From contig CAWHXY010000007.1 in NCBI GenBank assembly GCA_963833575.1, positions 352,001 to 416,000 of the forward strand: a DNA stretch of 64,000 nucleotides, given 5' to 3'. The DNA comes from Candidatus Bathyarchaeota archaeon (lineage in GTDB: Archaea > Thermoproteota > Bathyarchaeia > Bathyarchaeales > Bathycorpusculaceae). Made by a program: the position numbers and the translations under genes. Under the pieces are notes generated by a model. The model was given only the letters and a program-made list of their open reading frames with translations, was not told where the DNA came from and did no database searches. Positions 10,048 through 19,547 of this stretch are shown here, piece after piece (within the stretch, counting starts at the first letter, position 1; each line of letters opens with the position of its first letter).

Positions 10048-10662
10048 TTCTAATCCCACTTCTATTCACCTACAATTTTGTACTGTGTTAGTTAGCAACT
10101 TAAGACCTGTGAACCTCGAATCAATATTTGAAATAACGTTACTTTACACAAACTTGATTGATTTTCTCAGAAATATCTAGACCGAGAAACAGAAGACAGG
10201 CTGTTATAGTAAAAAAGGCTCTGTGAAGTTCTAGTCACTAAAATTAATTTCTTTGTCCATATGAAAAGTTATCACCCTTTAATTAGCGCGGTTTGGAAAA
10301 TGTATGAAACAAAGAATTTTGAGGGAATCAAAACCAGAAGAGCTTCTGGAGTTGAGGATTCAATTGCGGTTGCTCTTGCAACAATTAAAAGGTGTCCAGA
10401 ATCTGCCAAAATCTAAGTCACCTTAGAATACTTAGGTTCTCAGAAAATTGCTATTTCATCTGCAGACCTCCTGTGTTATCTTGAAAGTCTAATGTTGTTT
10501 TAAATGTCACTTAGATGGTTGTTCTCAATTTTAAACTATAAAAACTAACTTTCTGTAGTTAGTTTGACTCACATTTAAACTCATAAACCTAATTTCAAAA
10601 TATCTCAAGAATTCGCTTAGTACAACACAAATAAATAGACTAGACCGCATTTATTAATGTAA

Positions 10663-11511
10663 ATGCAAGTTTTTAAGCAACATAAAAAAATAGTCTTAAT
10701 CGCAATTTTGTTAGTTGTCATACTGATTGTCTCACTGTTCATTATACAGAACACCTCTAAGCCTTCCCCCGTAGCCACACCCTCACCGACACCCACAATT
10801 CTGTCAACACCAACAACTCACCCGACAAAAACACCTTCCATCTCTCCGACCTCAACCACACCCTCTCAAACACCCAGTCCAACTTCGGGGGAAACTAAGC
10901 AGCAGATGGAAAGTGGACAGCCGACGTACACACTTTACCCCGGAGAAGTTACCCACTATCAGAATCAAACCCTAACACCAATTAGCGCTTACATCCAAGA
11001 CTTAGTTCAACATCCTGACGTTTCAATCGAGGGCGCACAGAACATAGATCAGTCAACTTATCGCCTAACTGTTGACGGTCTAGTTAACAAAACCATGGAG
11101 TATACCTACGAGGACGTAATCAATAACTTCCAATTAAATCAAACAGTAGCAACACTTTTGTGCGTAGAGGGCTGGAGTGTCACAATGTTATGGCAAGGTG
11201 TGCTTGTGAACTCTTTGCTCCAAGATGCAGGTGTCAGCCCAAATGCGACAACCATAATTTTCTCCGCCTCCGACGGTTACACCACTGAGCTTCCATTAAC
11301 CTATATCGTGCAAAACAACATAATCTTAGCTTACAAAATGAACAATGTCACGCTTACCCCCCAGTTAGGGTTTCCTTTCATGTTGGCAGCCCAAAACCAA
11401 TATGGATACAAATGGATAATGTGGGTAACGGGAATTGAAGTATCAAATGACACCAGTTACCTTGGGTATTGGGAAAGCAGAGGCTACCCTGACAACGCTA
11501 CCGTTTCATAG
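10663..11511 (+). CDS. Membrane-anchored molybdopterin-dependent oxidoreductase (sulfite oxidase/MsrP-like) with Pro/Thr linker
   Basis: N-terminal TM, PT-rich stalk, YRLTVDGLV, LLCVEGWS (Mo-ligating Cys), DGYTT, GFPF, YGYKW, GYWESRGY. Confidence 0.9.
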   Translation: MQVFKQHKKIVLIAILLVVILIVSLFIIQNTSKPSPVATPSPTPTILSTPTTHPTKTPSISPTSTTPSQTPSPTSGETKQQMESGQPTYTLYPGEVTHYQNQTLTPISAYIQDLVQHPDVSIEGAQNIDQSTYRLTVDGLVNKTMEYTYEDVINNFQLNQTVATLLCVEGWSVTMLWQGVLVNSLLQDAGVSPNATTIIFSASDGYTTELPLTYIVQNNIILAYKMNNVTLTPQLGFPFMLAAQNQYGYKWIMWVTGIEVSNDTSYLGYWESRGYPDNATVS

Positions 11512-11512
11512 T

Positions 11513-11766
11513 TTAGCCAGTTTTTGCCATTGCTATTATGTATTTTGTATTGTGGGTGTTATTACCTATCTCATCTTGGATTGTTGGGACAGTTAATGTC
11601 TGGTTTGTCCCCCTTGAATCATAATCCAGCTATGACTCTGTTGAAAATGGTTCCGTCATAGAAGCCCTGCTTCACAAGATTCAAGAAATTCTGTGTTGTT
11701 ATTGGTTTATCATCACGCAACTGGATGGGTCATTCCTCCCCAAACAGAAACTTGAACTATTGGCAT
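11513..11766 (-). pseudogene. Chimeric remnant: 4-oxalocrotonate-tautomerase-like N-terminus joined to a cyclophilin fragment
   Basis: ATG at 11766 gives [14 protein letters not shown] different frame then reads [40 protein letters not shown]...IQDEIGNNTHN..IAMAKTG* with further frameshifts. Confidence 0.75.
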
Positions 11767-11886
11767 TTCATTTTTACCTCAAATAACCATTTGTTATTAC
11801 GTCCAATTAATGTAAGCTAACGCATGCTGTGTTTGCGCAAAAATTTAAAGGTGGATTCAAGCTCATATGTTTGAGGGCTAACAATC

Positions 11887-12339
11887 GTGGATCCGATTCA
11901 GAAGGCGAATCTAAAAGCAATTGACCCTGAAGCGTTAACCATTAGAAAATTATCTACAAAAGATGATACGTTTTTTGTTGAATTGCCTTTAGATAGCGTT
12001 CCGCAAGAGGATTGGCAAGAACTTTTTCAAGCGGAATTGAAAAAAATAGGTAAACCGTTAGCTATACTTAAAAGCTCACAGGATTTTTTCCCGAAATTTG
12101 AAGTCAACTATCCAGACAGTTTAAAAGAGGACACAATTTCAATTATTACTAATCCAAAAAAACTCCAAGAAGACATCAAGTTAGTTATGCAGTTGGTGGA
12201 AACAATCAATGATCGGGTTGACCGACACAACAAAGAAGTAAACGAAGAAAACGAGAAAGAAAAACTAAAAACCCAAAATAATAAAGAAACTATACGCAAA
12301 ATGCGTGAATCTCTCAAGAAAAATCCACCCACCCTCTAA
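11887..12339 (+). CDS. Hypothetical protein with C-terminal coiled coil
   Basis: 150-aa ORF after TTTAAA TATA-like box. Confidence 0.7.
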   Translation: MDPIQKANLKAIDPEALTIRKLSTKDDTFFVELPLDSVPQEDWQELFQAELKKIGKPLAILKSSQDFFPKFEVNYPDSLKEDTISIITNPKKLQEDIKLVMQLVETINDRVDRHNKEVNEENEKEKLKTQNNKETIRKMRESLKKNPPTL

Positions 12340-12524
12340 ACTTATTAAACTTTGAAACCCCGGACTATTCTATGGAAACAAGAGCTTGGAACAAGTAAAT
12401 ACAGCCGAAAAAGACTTTCCAACTTTTGCTCCAAAATAACATGAATGCAATGCGTTATCAAGCACCATTTGAATTGCAGAAAAGTTATAGCCAAACGAAG
12501 ACTTTCATTCAAATGCTATTTGCG

Positions 12525-12992
12525 ATGGTTGACGTAAGAGAACTTCTCGCATATAACGATGTTGAGAGATGTGCATTCTTTAGGGCATTCGAAAAACTTT
12601 CGTGGGATGAATTCATCAAGAATAGAGAAGCCAGTTTCAATTCGATTAGAAACATCTTCATACACACATTAAACGCAACAGACTATTGGCTGGATTTTCT
12701 TCAAAATGATTGCCAACGATCAAAGAAGAAATTCGAGGAATATACTACTTTGAAAGAAATAGAGGCTTACATGAAACATGTGGAGAAGCGTATGCACGAT
12801 TACCTTGAAGTGTTGTCTCCTGAAAACCTAAAGAAAAAGTATGTGGCTAATGGACGCGGGAAACCTGAAACATTGACTGCTGAAGACATTTTGGTTCATG
12901 TTTTCGAAGAAGAAGTCCATCATCGAGGTGAATTGATAGCATTGTTCTGGCAGATGGGTATTGAACCCCCTGTAATAGGATACCCGCCATAG
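12525..12992 (+). CDS. DinB/YfiT-family protein
   Basis: SIRNIFIH...HVFEEEVHHRGEL...QMGIEPP; start placed at ATG 12525 rather than 12426. Confidence 0.88.
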   Translation: MVDVRELLAYNDVERCAFFRAFEKLSWDEFIKNREASFNSIRNIFIHTLNATDYWLDFLQNDCQRSKKKFEEYTTLKEIEAYMKHVEKRMHDYLEVLSPENLKKKYVANGRGKPETLTAEDILVHVFEEEVHHRGELIALFWQMGIEPPVIGYPP

Positions 12993-13115
12993 AACACATC
13001 TTGGAATTTCTTCTTGAACTACTTTTCTTCATCTTTAAAATCCAGTTAGAAGTTTGACGTGAAATGATTTAGTGATTCTTAATGGTTCTCAATTCTTAAC
13101 TTGCTTTGGCAGTTC

Positions 13116-13343
13116 TTAGGTATTCGCGCAATTTCTGAGGTGTGTTATGTGAGAATGAACAAATTCTTGTTCTGCAAGGGCTTCAGTTATTAGGTCTTGG
13201 ATGGCAGAGTTCACATTGCCTTCAAAGTATGGTTTCACGATTTTTTCGTTAAACTCAGTAAACAAAGAAGAAGGAACGTTATGAAACGTTAAGTCCACAA
13301 GGAACTCCTTTTCCATGATTAAGCTCGCTTTTCTTTTTTTCAT
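13116..13343 (-). CDS. Hypothetical protein
   Basis: 75-aa ORF with upstream TATA-like TTTAAG. Confidence 0.55.
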   Translation of the reverse strand: MKKRKASLIMEKEFLVDLTFHNVPSSLFTEFNEKIVKPYFEGNVNSAIQDLITEALAEQEFVHSHITHLRNCANT

Positions 13344-13491
13344 GTATGACCAATTATTTCTAAAACATTTTGAGCTTAAATAGTTTATTAAGTATTACGA
13401 TTTATTAATGATATTGACAGGAACAAACTATTAGATACTTTATTTGGTGACGACCCAACCAACTGGAAATATCCAATATCCACCATTTATT

Positions 13492-13968
13492 TCACTGTTC
13501 AATCCACGACATATCATGCCCACCTTGCAAGTAATCATGTCTCCAAACTATTTCTGCAACAGGAAAAACCCAAGTGTAGTTTCCTTCAGCATCCGCATGA
13601 TGTATTAGTTGTATAGTCTCATCGATCCGTACAACAGGCATTATGTGCCAACCCTGACCGTTACCCAGAGCTAACGAAATCAGGCAAGGTTTTTGCTCTT
13701 CCAAAAGTGATTTGATACGATTCACTTTATCTATTCCTTTGGTGAAGCTCTCTACCTCGATATTGATTGTAGGATACTCACTTCTAATTTTTGCTGAAAC
13801 AGAGTCAAAACTATTACCTTGCTTAAGGTCAAAATCCTCCTGAAAGGTATCAAGATTCACCCCTTGAATCTTCAAATAACGAATTACCCACTCATAACCT
13901 GATGGAATACAACCAGATTCATGACGTTGCGGAACTCTAGTTTTGCTCCAGTCTAATAATTGTGTCAT
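13492..13968 (-). CDS. Peptidase C39-like (papain-fold) domain protein
   Basis: VPQRHESGC (Gln plus Cys), LLEEQKPCLISL, GWHIMPVVRID (His). Confidence 0.6.
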   Translation of the reverse strand: MTQLLDWSKTRVPQRHESGCIPSGYEWVIRYLKIQGVNLDTFQEDFDLKQGNSFDSVSAKIRSEYPTINIEVESFTKGIDKVNRIKSLLEEQKPCLISLALGNGQGWHIMPVVRIDETIQLIHHADAEGNYTWVFPVAEIVWRHDYLQGGHDMSWIEQ

Positions 13969-14258
13969 TGTTAGCAGAGTAATATAGAAAATCATAACAG
14001 TTTAAGATTGCTGACTCGAAATGTATTCTGGAAAAAGCCGTTGGAACATTTACCTCCGTCGTTGATGTTCTATAACACTTGGAAAAAATCCCTGAACCAG
14101 CAGGTGCGGCGAGAGCAGAGAACAAGCAAACAACATTGTGATTACGGTCGTTAATTAGAACGAGAACTTCACCAAGAGTTTTTTGAAAACGGATAAGAGC
14201 GCGTTAACGAAAGAAGCTAGCGCTTAAATCGAAGAAATCAAAGATGCATCAAAGGAAC

Positions 14259-15326
14259 TTATTCTTTTGTCCTCAAAGCTTCGGGAACGTAGATACATCT
14301 TGGGTCTGACCCCAAAATATCTCCTGTGTAAAACAGCGCTGACGAACGGCACCCACCGCAAATTTCCTTGTATTCGCAGACCCCACATTTCCCTTTTAGC
14401 TTGCTCTTATCTTTAACGTTATTGAAGAACTCGGAGCTTTGCATTTCAACCCATATCTGCTTGATCGACTTATCCTTGATGTTGCCAAGCCTGTAGAAGT
14501 CGTTGTAGCTACATGGGATGGCGTCGCCGTTTTCTGCCACGCTCATGAATTTGCCAAAGAAGCATCTGCCTAAGAAAAAGTTGTTGTACCAGTTGTCAAA
14601 GTCAATCATTCCTCGTTGCTTGGCTACTCGAGCATAGAATGGAATGTAAATGTTGATTCCAGGCATTCCTTTGTATTCTTGGGTTAAGTCGTAGAGTTTG
14701 TTACATACCCACTCATACTGTTGGGGTGTAGGCTCAGCTTTGAGGTTGTTTTTGTCTTTGCTGTAAGGTATCATTCCGTGAAAAACGACCCAGCGCGCAT
14801 CGTATTTCTTAGCCAAATCTAAAACGTGGCGCATATCTACTTCATTTACGTTGGTGACTTCACCGGAATTAGCAAATGTATAGACGAGGCAGTTTAGGAG
14901 TTTTTCTTTCGAAAATCGTTTTATCGCCGCAACTGCAGCCGCATAAGCGCCTTTGCCTCGGATAGCGTCGTTTGTTTTTCTTCCACCGTCAATGCTTATG
15001 GAGATTTTGGTTTGGTTCTTAACGATTTTTTGGAAGGCTTCCTCGTTGAGGAGTCTCCCGTCAGTTATGATGCTTGTGTTCAAGCCCTTTTCTGTGGCGT
15101 AATCGAGAACTTCAAACAGATCCTTTCGGAGAAACGGTTGGCCACCGGTGATCCCAAAAAAGCTTGCGCCAAAATCGTGAACCTCATCAACGATCTTCAT
15201 TGCTGAAGCAGTGTTCACTTCATCTGTGGCAGCTGGTTTACCTGCTGAAGTACAGTGCACACAATTGCTTTTACATTCGAACGTACATCGCCAAGGAACA
15301 ATGAACAGGGGACCTTTATTTTTCAA
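14259..15326 (-). CDS. Radical SAM protein with SPASM domain (NirJ/Ahb/PqqE-like)
   Basis: CKSNCVHC (CxxxCxxC), ITGGQP, SISIDG, GDAIPC, KGKCGVCEYKEICGGCR...DPRC. Confidence 0.92.
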   Translation of the reverse strand: MKNKGPLFIVPWRCTFECKSNCVHCTSAGKPAATDEVNTASAMKIVDEVHDFGASFFGITGGQPFLRKDLFEVLDYATEKGLNTSIITDGRLLNEEAFQKIVKNQTKISISIDGGRKTNDAIRGKGAYAAAVAAIKRFSKEKLLNCLVYTFANSGEVTNVNEVDMRHVLDLAKKYDARWVVFHGMIPYSKDKNNLKAEPTPQQYEWVCNKLYDLTQEYKGMPGINIYIPFYARVAKQRGMIDFDNWYNNFFLGRCFFGKFMSVAENGDAIPCSYNDFYRLGNIKDKSIKQIWVEMQSSEFFNNVKDKSKLKGKCGVCEYKEICGGCRSSALFYTGDILGSDPRCIYVPEALRTKE

Positions 15327-15520
15327 GCTTTTTTCTCCAAGGAGCTTATGTATTAATCCAAAACAATTATTTGGGTATTTAACGCTTCACATTTTCCTTC
15401 GGTTTTCGGAAAAGAAGATTCAGGATGAAAAAAGACTTATGAGAAAGAGAAAATGAATGATTGGAAGAAAGTTGAAACTAGCGAGCGTAATTGTAGTCGT
15501 TATCAAAACATAAACTTAAA

Positions 15521-15937
15521 TTATTTTGGCTTTTCTTTCTCATAAAGATAGAGCGGTTCTTCTTTTAGCATGTCCAAAGCTCTCTGTGTTTGAGTAGTTG
15601 ATAGCTTGCATGTTTCGGGGTCAATTAAAAACGGCAGTTTATCAGGAGCATTTTCAAGAATATGCAAGTCTTCCCAAGTGACTTTGACGTCTTCATAAGG
15701 CATGTTGTTTTCATCTACATCCATAACCCAAGTGCCCGCATCTAATTCATCGCCTTCACTTAAAGTCGTAAATGGCCCAAGCAAACTCTTATTATCTGTA
15801 TTATAGAGAAAAACCACAGTACCCGATTTTAGTTCATCCACAAGCTTTGACTCCTTGTCCGAGCAAGTATAGCGTTTTCTGCTTAAGCATTGTTGCTGGG
15901 AACTATTATTACAAAAAAGTACATAACCGTCATACAT
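15521..15937 (-). CDS. DCD (development and cell death)/EVE-like domain protein
   Basis: GYVLFCNNSSQQQCLSRKRY...LKSGTVVFLYNTDNKSLLGPF resembles the DCD pattern GxIFxCNxxTxxECxxxxLF...PGxxLFLYN...LxGxF. Confidence 0.6.
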   Translation of the reverse strand: MYDGYVLFCNNSSQQQCLSRKRYTCSDKESKLVDELKSGTVVFLYNTDNKSLLGPFTTLSEGDELDAGTWVMDVDENNMPYEDVKVTWEDLHILENAPDKLPFLIDPETCKLSTTQTQRALDMLKEEPLYLYEKEKPK

Positions 15938-16084
15938 AATTTAACAAAACCTTCTATACTTTTAGTAACTTGGCGCTTATTTTGTTTTTCTATGAAATCT
16001 TCTCGACGAATTTGATTTTACGTAAACCTGAACTATAGAAAATTTAAATTACACAGCAAGATTATCTTTGCTAACTCGAATCAG

Positions 16085-17476
16085 GTGGAATGCAGTTTAA
16101 AGGCTCTTTCAGTAACGAAGTTCGGTGGCAGCCTTCTTGATGTAGAAGGCAAAGGAATCCCGAAAATCATAAAGCAAATAAGAGAAATCAATCAAAAAGA
16201 CGGCTTTGGTCCGATAGTTGTTTTCTCTGCTCCAACAGGCTGCACTGATGCGCTCATAAAAATAGGAGAATCTTATGCCCAAGCCTGCTCGCTTCCTTTA
16301 GACCCTGTTTTCGAAGTTTATGAAAGGTTAACAAAGAAGTATGTTAAGGGAAAATGGATTCAACAAGCAGTAAATGATTTGGCTAATTACAAAACGTTAA
16401 CGCAAGCAACTTTAGACTCAGTAAACAAACGTTTCAGCGGCAACATTAAAGCGAGAATCCTCACTTTGGGCGGAGAACTCGCCATGTCAACGTTGGCAGA
16501 TTATATTATAAAAAGCAGCGGTTGTGACTCATGTTGTGTTTCGCTAGAAGATTGGCCAATTGTAACGGATGATAATTTTGAGGATGCAATTCCGAACTAC
16601 GAGCTGAGCAAAAAAAGAATTCATTCGTTGATTGAGCCACTTGAAGATGGAAAAATAGTTTCTTTAGCAGGTTTTCTAGGTGTTACCCCAGACGGGCTTG
16701 AAACCATTTTGGGCCGAGGAGGTTCAGATTTAACGGCGGTTTTCACATCTTGCCTCCTAAAAGATCTGTATCACACTGAAACGCTGTTGTACAAAGATGT
16801 GCCAGTTCAAAGTGCCGATCCAAAAGTGGTGCGTGGACAAAAAACTGACCATGTTAAATCACTCACTTATAATGAGGCACACAAGGCCTCAATGATGGGG
16901 ATGAAAATAGTGCAGAGCCCAGCAATCGCTATGGCAAGACGTTTCAATCAGCCTTTGAGAATAGTGCCAATCGATGAACCGCTAATGTACTCCTTAATTG
17001 AAGCTGAAGAAAGAGGCGGAGAAATAGTCAAGTGTTTGACAGGCAAATCCAGATGTGCAATCTTGTCAATGAACGATGAAAAAAGCCGCTCATTGGAAGA
17101 TTCCCTGAGAATATGGGAGAGAAGAAATGATTTTATGGATTTGGGCGCTGAAACTATGGAGACGGGAGAGCAGATTCGTGATTTCCTCTTTTTAGATTCA
17201 GACTTCTTAAAGAGAAACGAGGAAAAACTCAAAGGCTTTGACGAAAATATGAAAATAGAATATGGTTTAGGCGTAGTTACCTTGATTGGAGACAGAATGA
17301 AAGATTCACCCGGAATCGCTTCATTAGCTATTAGCGCAATCTCAGGCATTAACATAAAAAGAGGAATCTTTGCGCCTCACACTTCACAGATAATTCTTGT
17401 TGTTGAAGAAAAAAACATTAATGCAACGGTTGCAGCCATCCATTCAAGAAAGCAGGAATTGAACAATAAAGAGTAG
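16085..17476 (+). CDS. lysC: Aspartate kinase
   Basis: VTKFGGS, VVFSA, LAGFLG, LGRGGSDLTA, SADPK, C-terminal ACT-like domain. Confidence 0.88.
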   Translation: MECSLKALSVTKFGGSLLDVEGKGIPKIIKQIREINQKDGFGPIVVFSAPTGCTDALIKIGESYAQACSLPLDPVFEVYERLTKKYVKGKWIQQAVNDLANYKTLTQATLDSVNKRFSGNIKARILTLGGELAMSTLADYIIKSSGCDSCCVSLEDWPIVTDDNFEDAIPNYELSKKRIHSLIEPLEDGKIVSLAGFLGVTPDGLETILGRGGSDLTAVFTSCLLKDLYHTETLLYKDVPVQSADPKVVRGQKTDHVKSLTYNEAHKASMMGMKIVQSPAIAMARRFNQPLRIVPIDEPLMYSLIEAEERGGEIVKCLTGKSRCAILSMNDEKSRSLEDSLRIWERRNDFMDLGAETMETGEQIRDFLFLDSDFLKRNEEKLKGFDENMKIEYGLGVVTLIGDRMKDSPGIASLAISAISGINIKRGIFAPHTSQIILVVEEKNINATVAAIHSRKQELNNKE

Positions 17477-17635
17477 TTTAGGTAAGCCGAAGGCGGAAAA
17501 ATTCAAGCTGGAGGAAAGTGAGTGCTTTTTGCGTCATTAAGTCCAAACTAAAAAAGTTGTTACAGCTATATTTTGAAGAAACCCATGTATCACAAAGCAC
17601 TCGCTTTGCTATCACAGGCAAAATATGGCTCGCTT

Positions 17636-17959
17636 TCAAGAAGTCTCGCGAGGATCCTTGTTCAGTAAGAGATAACTACAGTATATAATGATGACAACAT
17701 CGATTGCTGCGGCAATTAACGGATTAAGTGAGTGACTAGTTATGTGAATGACTGTTCCACCGATTCCGTCTATCAAAGAAAAAATCAAGCATAGATAAAT
17801 GAACAGGTTTTTGCCAACAAAAAAGCCAATACTTATGACGATGTAAATCACCCCAAATATGATATCTATTGTTGAGGCGCTAGTCTGTGTTGCAGAAAGG
17901 GAAAACCCAACAGTCAAATGGAAAACTGCAGAAATCAAGATAAGGACATAAAATCTCAC
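17636..17959 (-). CDS. Small multi-pass membrane protein
   Basis: About four hydrophobic segments. Confidence 0.6.
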   Translation of the reverse strand: MRFYVLILISAVFHLTVGFSLSATQTSASTIDIIFGVIYIVISIGFFVGKNLFIYLCLIFSLIDGIGGTVIHITSHSLNPLIAAAIDVVIIIYCSYLLLNKDPRETS

Positions 17960-18043
17960 ATTTTCCTAAACGTTGCTTATGATTCTTAATTCATCCTCTT
18001 AAAAACGCTTCTGAACTGTGTTTTAAGAGACATCATTTATGGC

Positions 18044-18122
18044 CTTAGTTGCTTGACGGTTTCTTCCCTATCTCCTTTATTCGTCAAGTGTTTCTTGACC
18101 GGAGTTCGGTGAAACGCCTAAG
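18044..18122 (+). ncRNA. Candidate three-way-junction RNA (5' leader of the SDR gene or an sRNA)
   Basis: CTTAG/CTAAG closing stem; GCTTGACGG/TCGTCAAGT around a CU-rich loop; GTTTC-ACCG/CGGT-GAAAC hairpin; TTTTAAG about 20 nt upstream. Confidence 0.45.
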
Positions 18123-18191
18123 AATGCAAAAGTATTTGAGAAACAATTGTCGACTTGTTTGTAATTGCCCTTGCATGATTAAGAAGGACGT

Positions 18192-19079
18192 TTGTGTATG
18201 AGTGAGATGAAGGGGAAAATCTGTATTGTAACAGGCAGTAACTCTGGAATTGGGAAAGAAACTGCCTTAAGCTTGGTAAAGATGGGTGCCCACGTTGTTA
18301 TGGTTGTTCGCAACCAAGAGCGAGGCGAAAAAGCACGGCTGGAAATAATAAAGCAAACTGGAAACAACTCTGTCGATTTGATGATCTGCGACTTGTCTTC
18401 GATGGATTCAATCAGGCGTTTCGCGCAGAAATTTAAGGGGAAGTACGATAGACTCGATGTGCTGGTTAATAATGCTGGAGCAATGTTCAATAAACGAGAG
18501 GTTACACCAGAAGGTTTTGAGCGAACGCTCGCTGTCAATTATTTAGGGCCGTTTCTGCTTACACATGAGCTGCTTGATTTGCTTAAATCTAGTGCGCCTT
18601 CCAGGATAATCAACGTGAGTTCCGGATTAGCCAAAGACGGCAAGGTAGATGTTGATGATCTCCAAAGTGAAAAGAACTACGCGGGAACGAAAGCTTACGC
18701 TCGGGTGAGGGCACCTGTTTACGCTAACACTAAACTGATGCTAATGATGTTTACGTATGAGCTAGCAAGGCGACTAAGAGACACCGGGGTCACTGCAAAT
18801 GTGCTCATGCCTGGTTTTGTCGCGACTAATCTTGGAAAAAACAGCGGCAGCCTAAGTTCTTCTATAATGTTTAAAATGGTGCGTACGATGCAGGTAAGCG
18901 CTAGTAAGGGAGCGGAAACATCTGTTTACTTAGCCTCCTCAGCCGACGTAAAGGATGAAACTGGAAAATGTTTCACTAAGAAGAAGGAAGTAATGACTTG
19001 CCCAGCATCATATGATGAAAAACTGCAGAGAGGGTTATGGAACAAGACGGAGAGCAAGCTTGGTCTAGCTCAAGAATAG
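18192..19079 (+). CDS. Short-chain dehydrogenase/reductase, retinol-dehydrogenase-like subgroup
   Basis: TGSNSGIG, CDLSS, LVNNAG, AVNYLGPFLLT, RIINVSS, YANTK (YxxxK), PGFVAT, GAETSVYLA. Confidence 0.92.
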   Translation: MCMSEMKGKICIVTGSNSGIGKETALSLVKMGAHVVMVVRNQERGEKARLEIIKQTGNNSVDLMICDLSSMDSIRRFAQKFKGKYDRLDVLVNNAGAMFNKREVTPEGFERTLAVNYLGPFLLTHELLDLLKSSAPSRIINVSSGLAKDGKVDVDDLQSEKNYAGTKAYARVRAPVYANTKLMLMMFTYELARRLRDTGVTANVLMPGFVATNLGKNSGSLSSSIMFKMVRTMQVSASKGAETSVYLASSADVKDETGKCFTKKKEVMTCPASYDEKLQRGLWNKTESKLGLAQE

Positions 19080-19184
19080 ATATTGGAAAGTTGAACCTGC
19101 AGACAAGCTCATAGTCAAAGCTTAAAACAGAATTAATCCCCCCTTGAAGAGCTAAAGTGCTTGGAAAACGACAGATGGGAAAGA

Positions 19185-19460
19185 ATGCTACCGAGACAAG
19201 CAGATAACCAATCTCAAGGCTACAAAATCGCGGTATAGTTTTTTCTTTTGATCACCATATTTATGATTGTTAGGAGCTGCATTCACATTTTTGCTCCTGA
19301 TGGAGGCGCAGGGAGCATAGCAGGCATTGATGTATCAGGGGGCTGGCGGATCTAACGTTGTCTCGATGTTTGTGTTTTGGGGGTTTTCGCAGCTTCTGAT
19401 GGGAGTGGTTTATCTTGTTGTGTTTTTACGTTGAAAAAGTCTAATTCCACCTACATGGCG
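19185..19460 (+). pseudogene. Degraded membrane-protein gene
   Basis: MLPRQADNQSQGYKIAV*FFLLITIFMIVRSCIHIFAPDGGAGSIAGIDVSG/fs/GGSNVVSMFVFWGFSQLLMGVVYLVVFLR*KSLIP: two stops, one frameshift, 3'-truncated. Confidence 0.65.
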
Positions 19461-19547
19461 GGCACATACTGTCAGCGATAAAAAGACTTATGAAATAGGC
19501 AAACCACTTTTTTCAATTGTCCACTCGCTGTAAAACGAGGGTTTCAA

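Noticed and set aside
13990-14200. Possible decayed exported-protein gene or RiPP precursor
   Set aside because: Only fragmentary hydrophobic stretches in mixed frames; no supportable homology.
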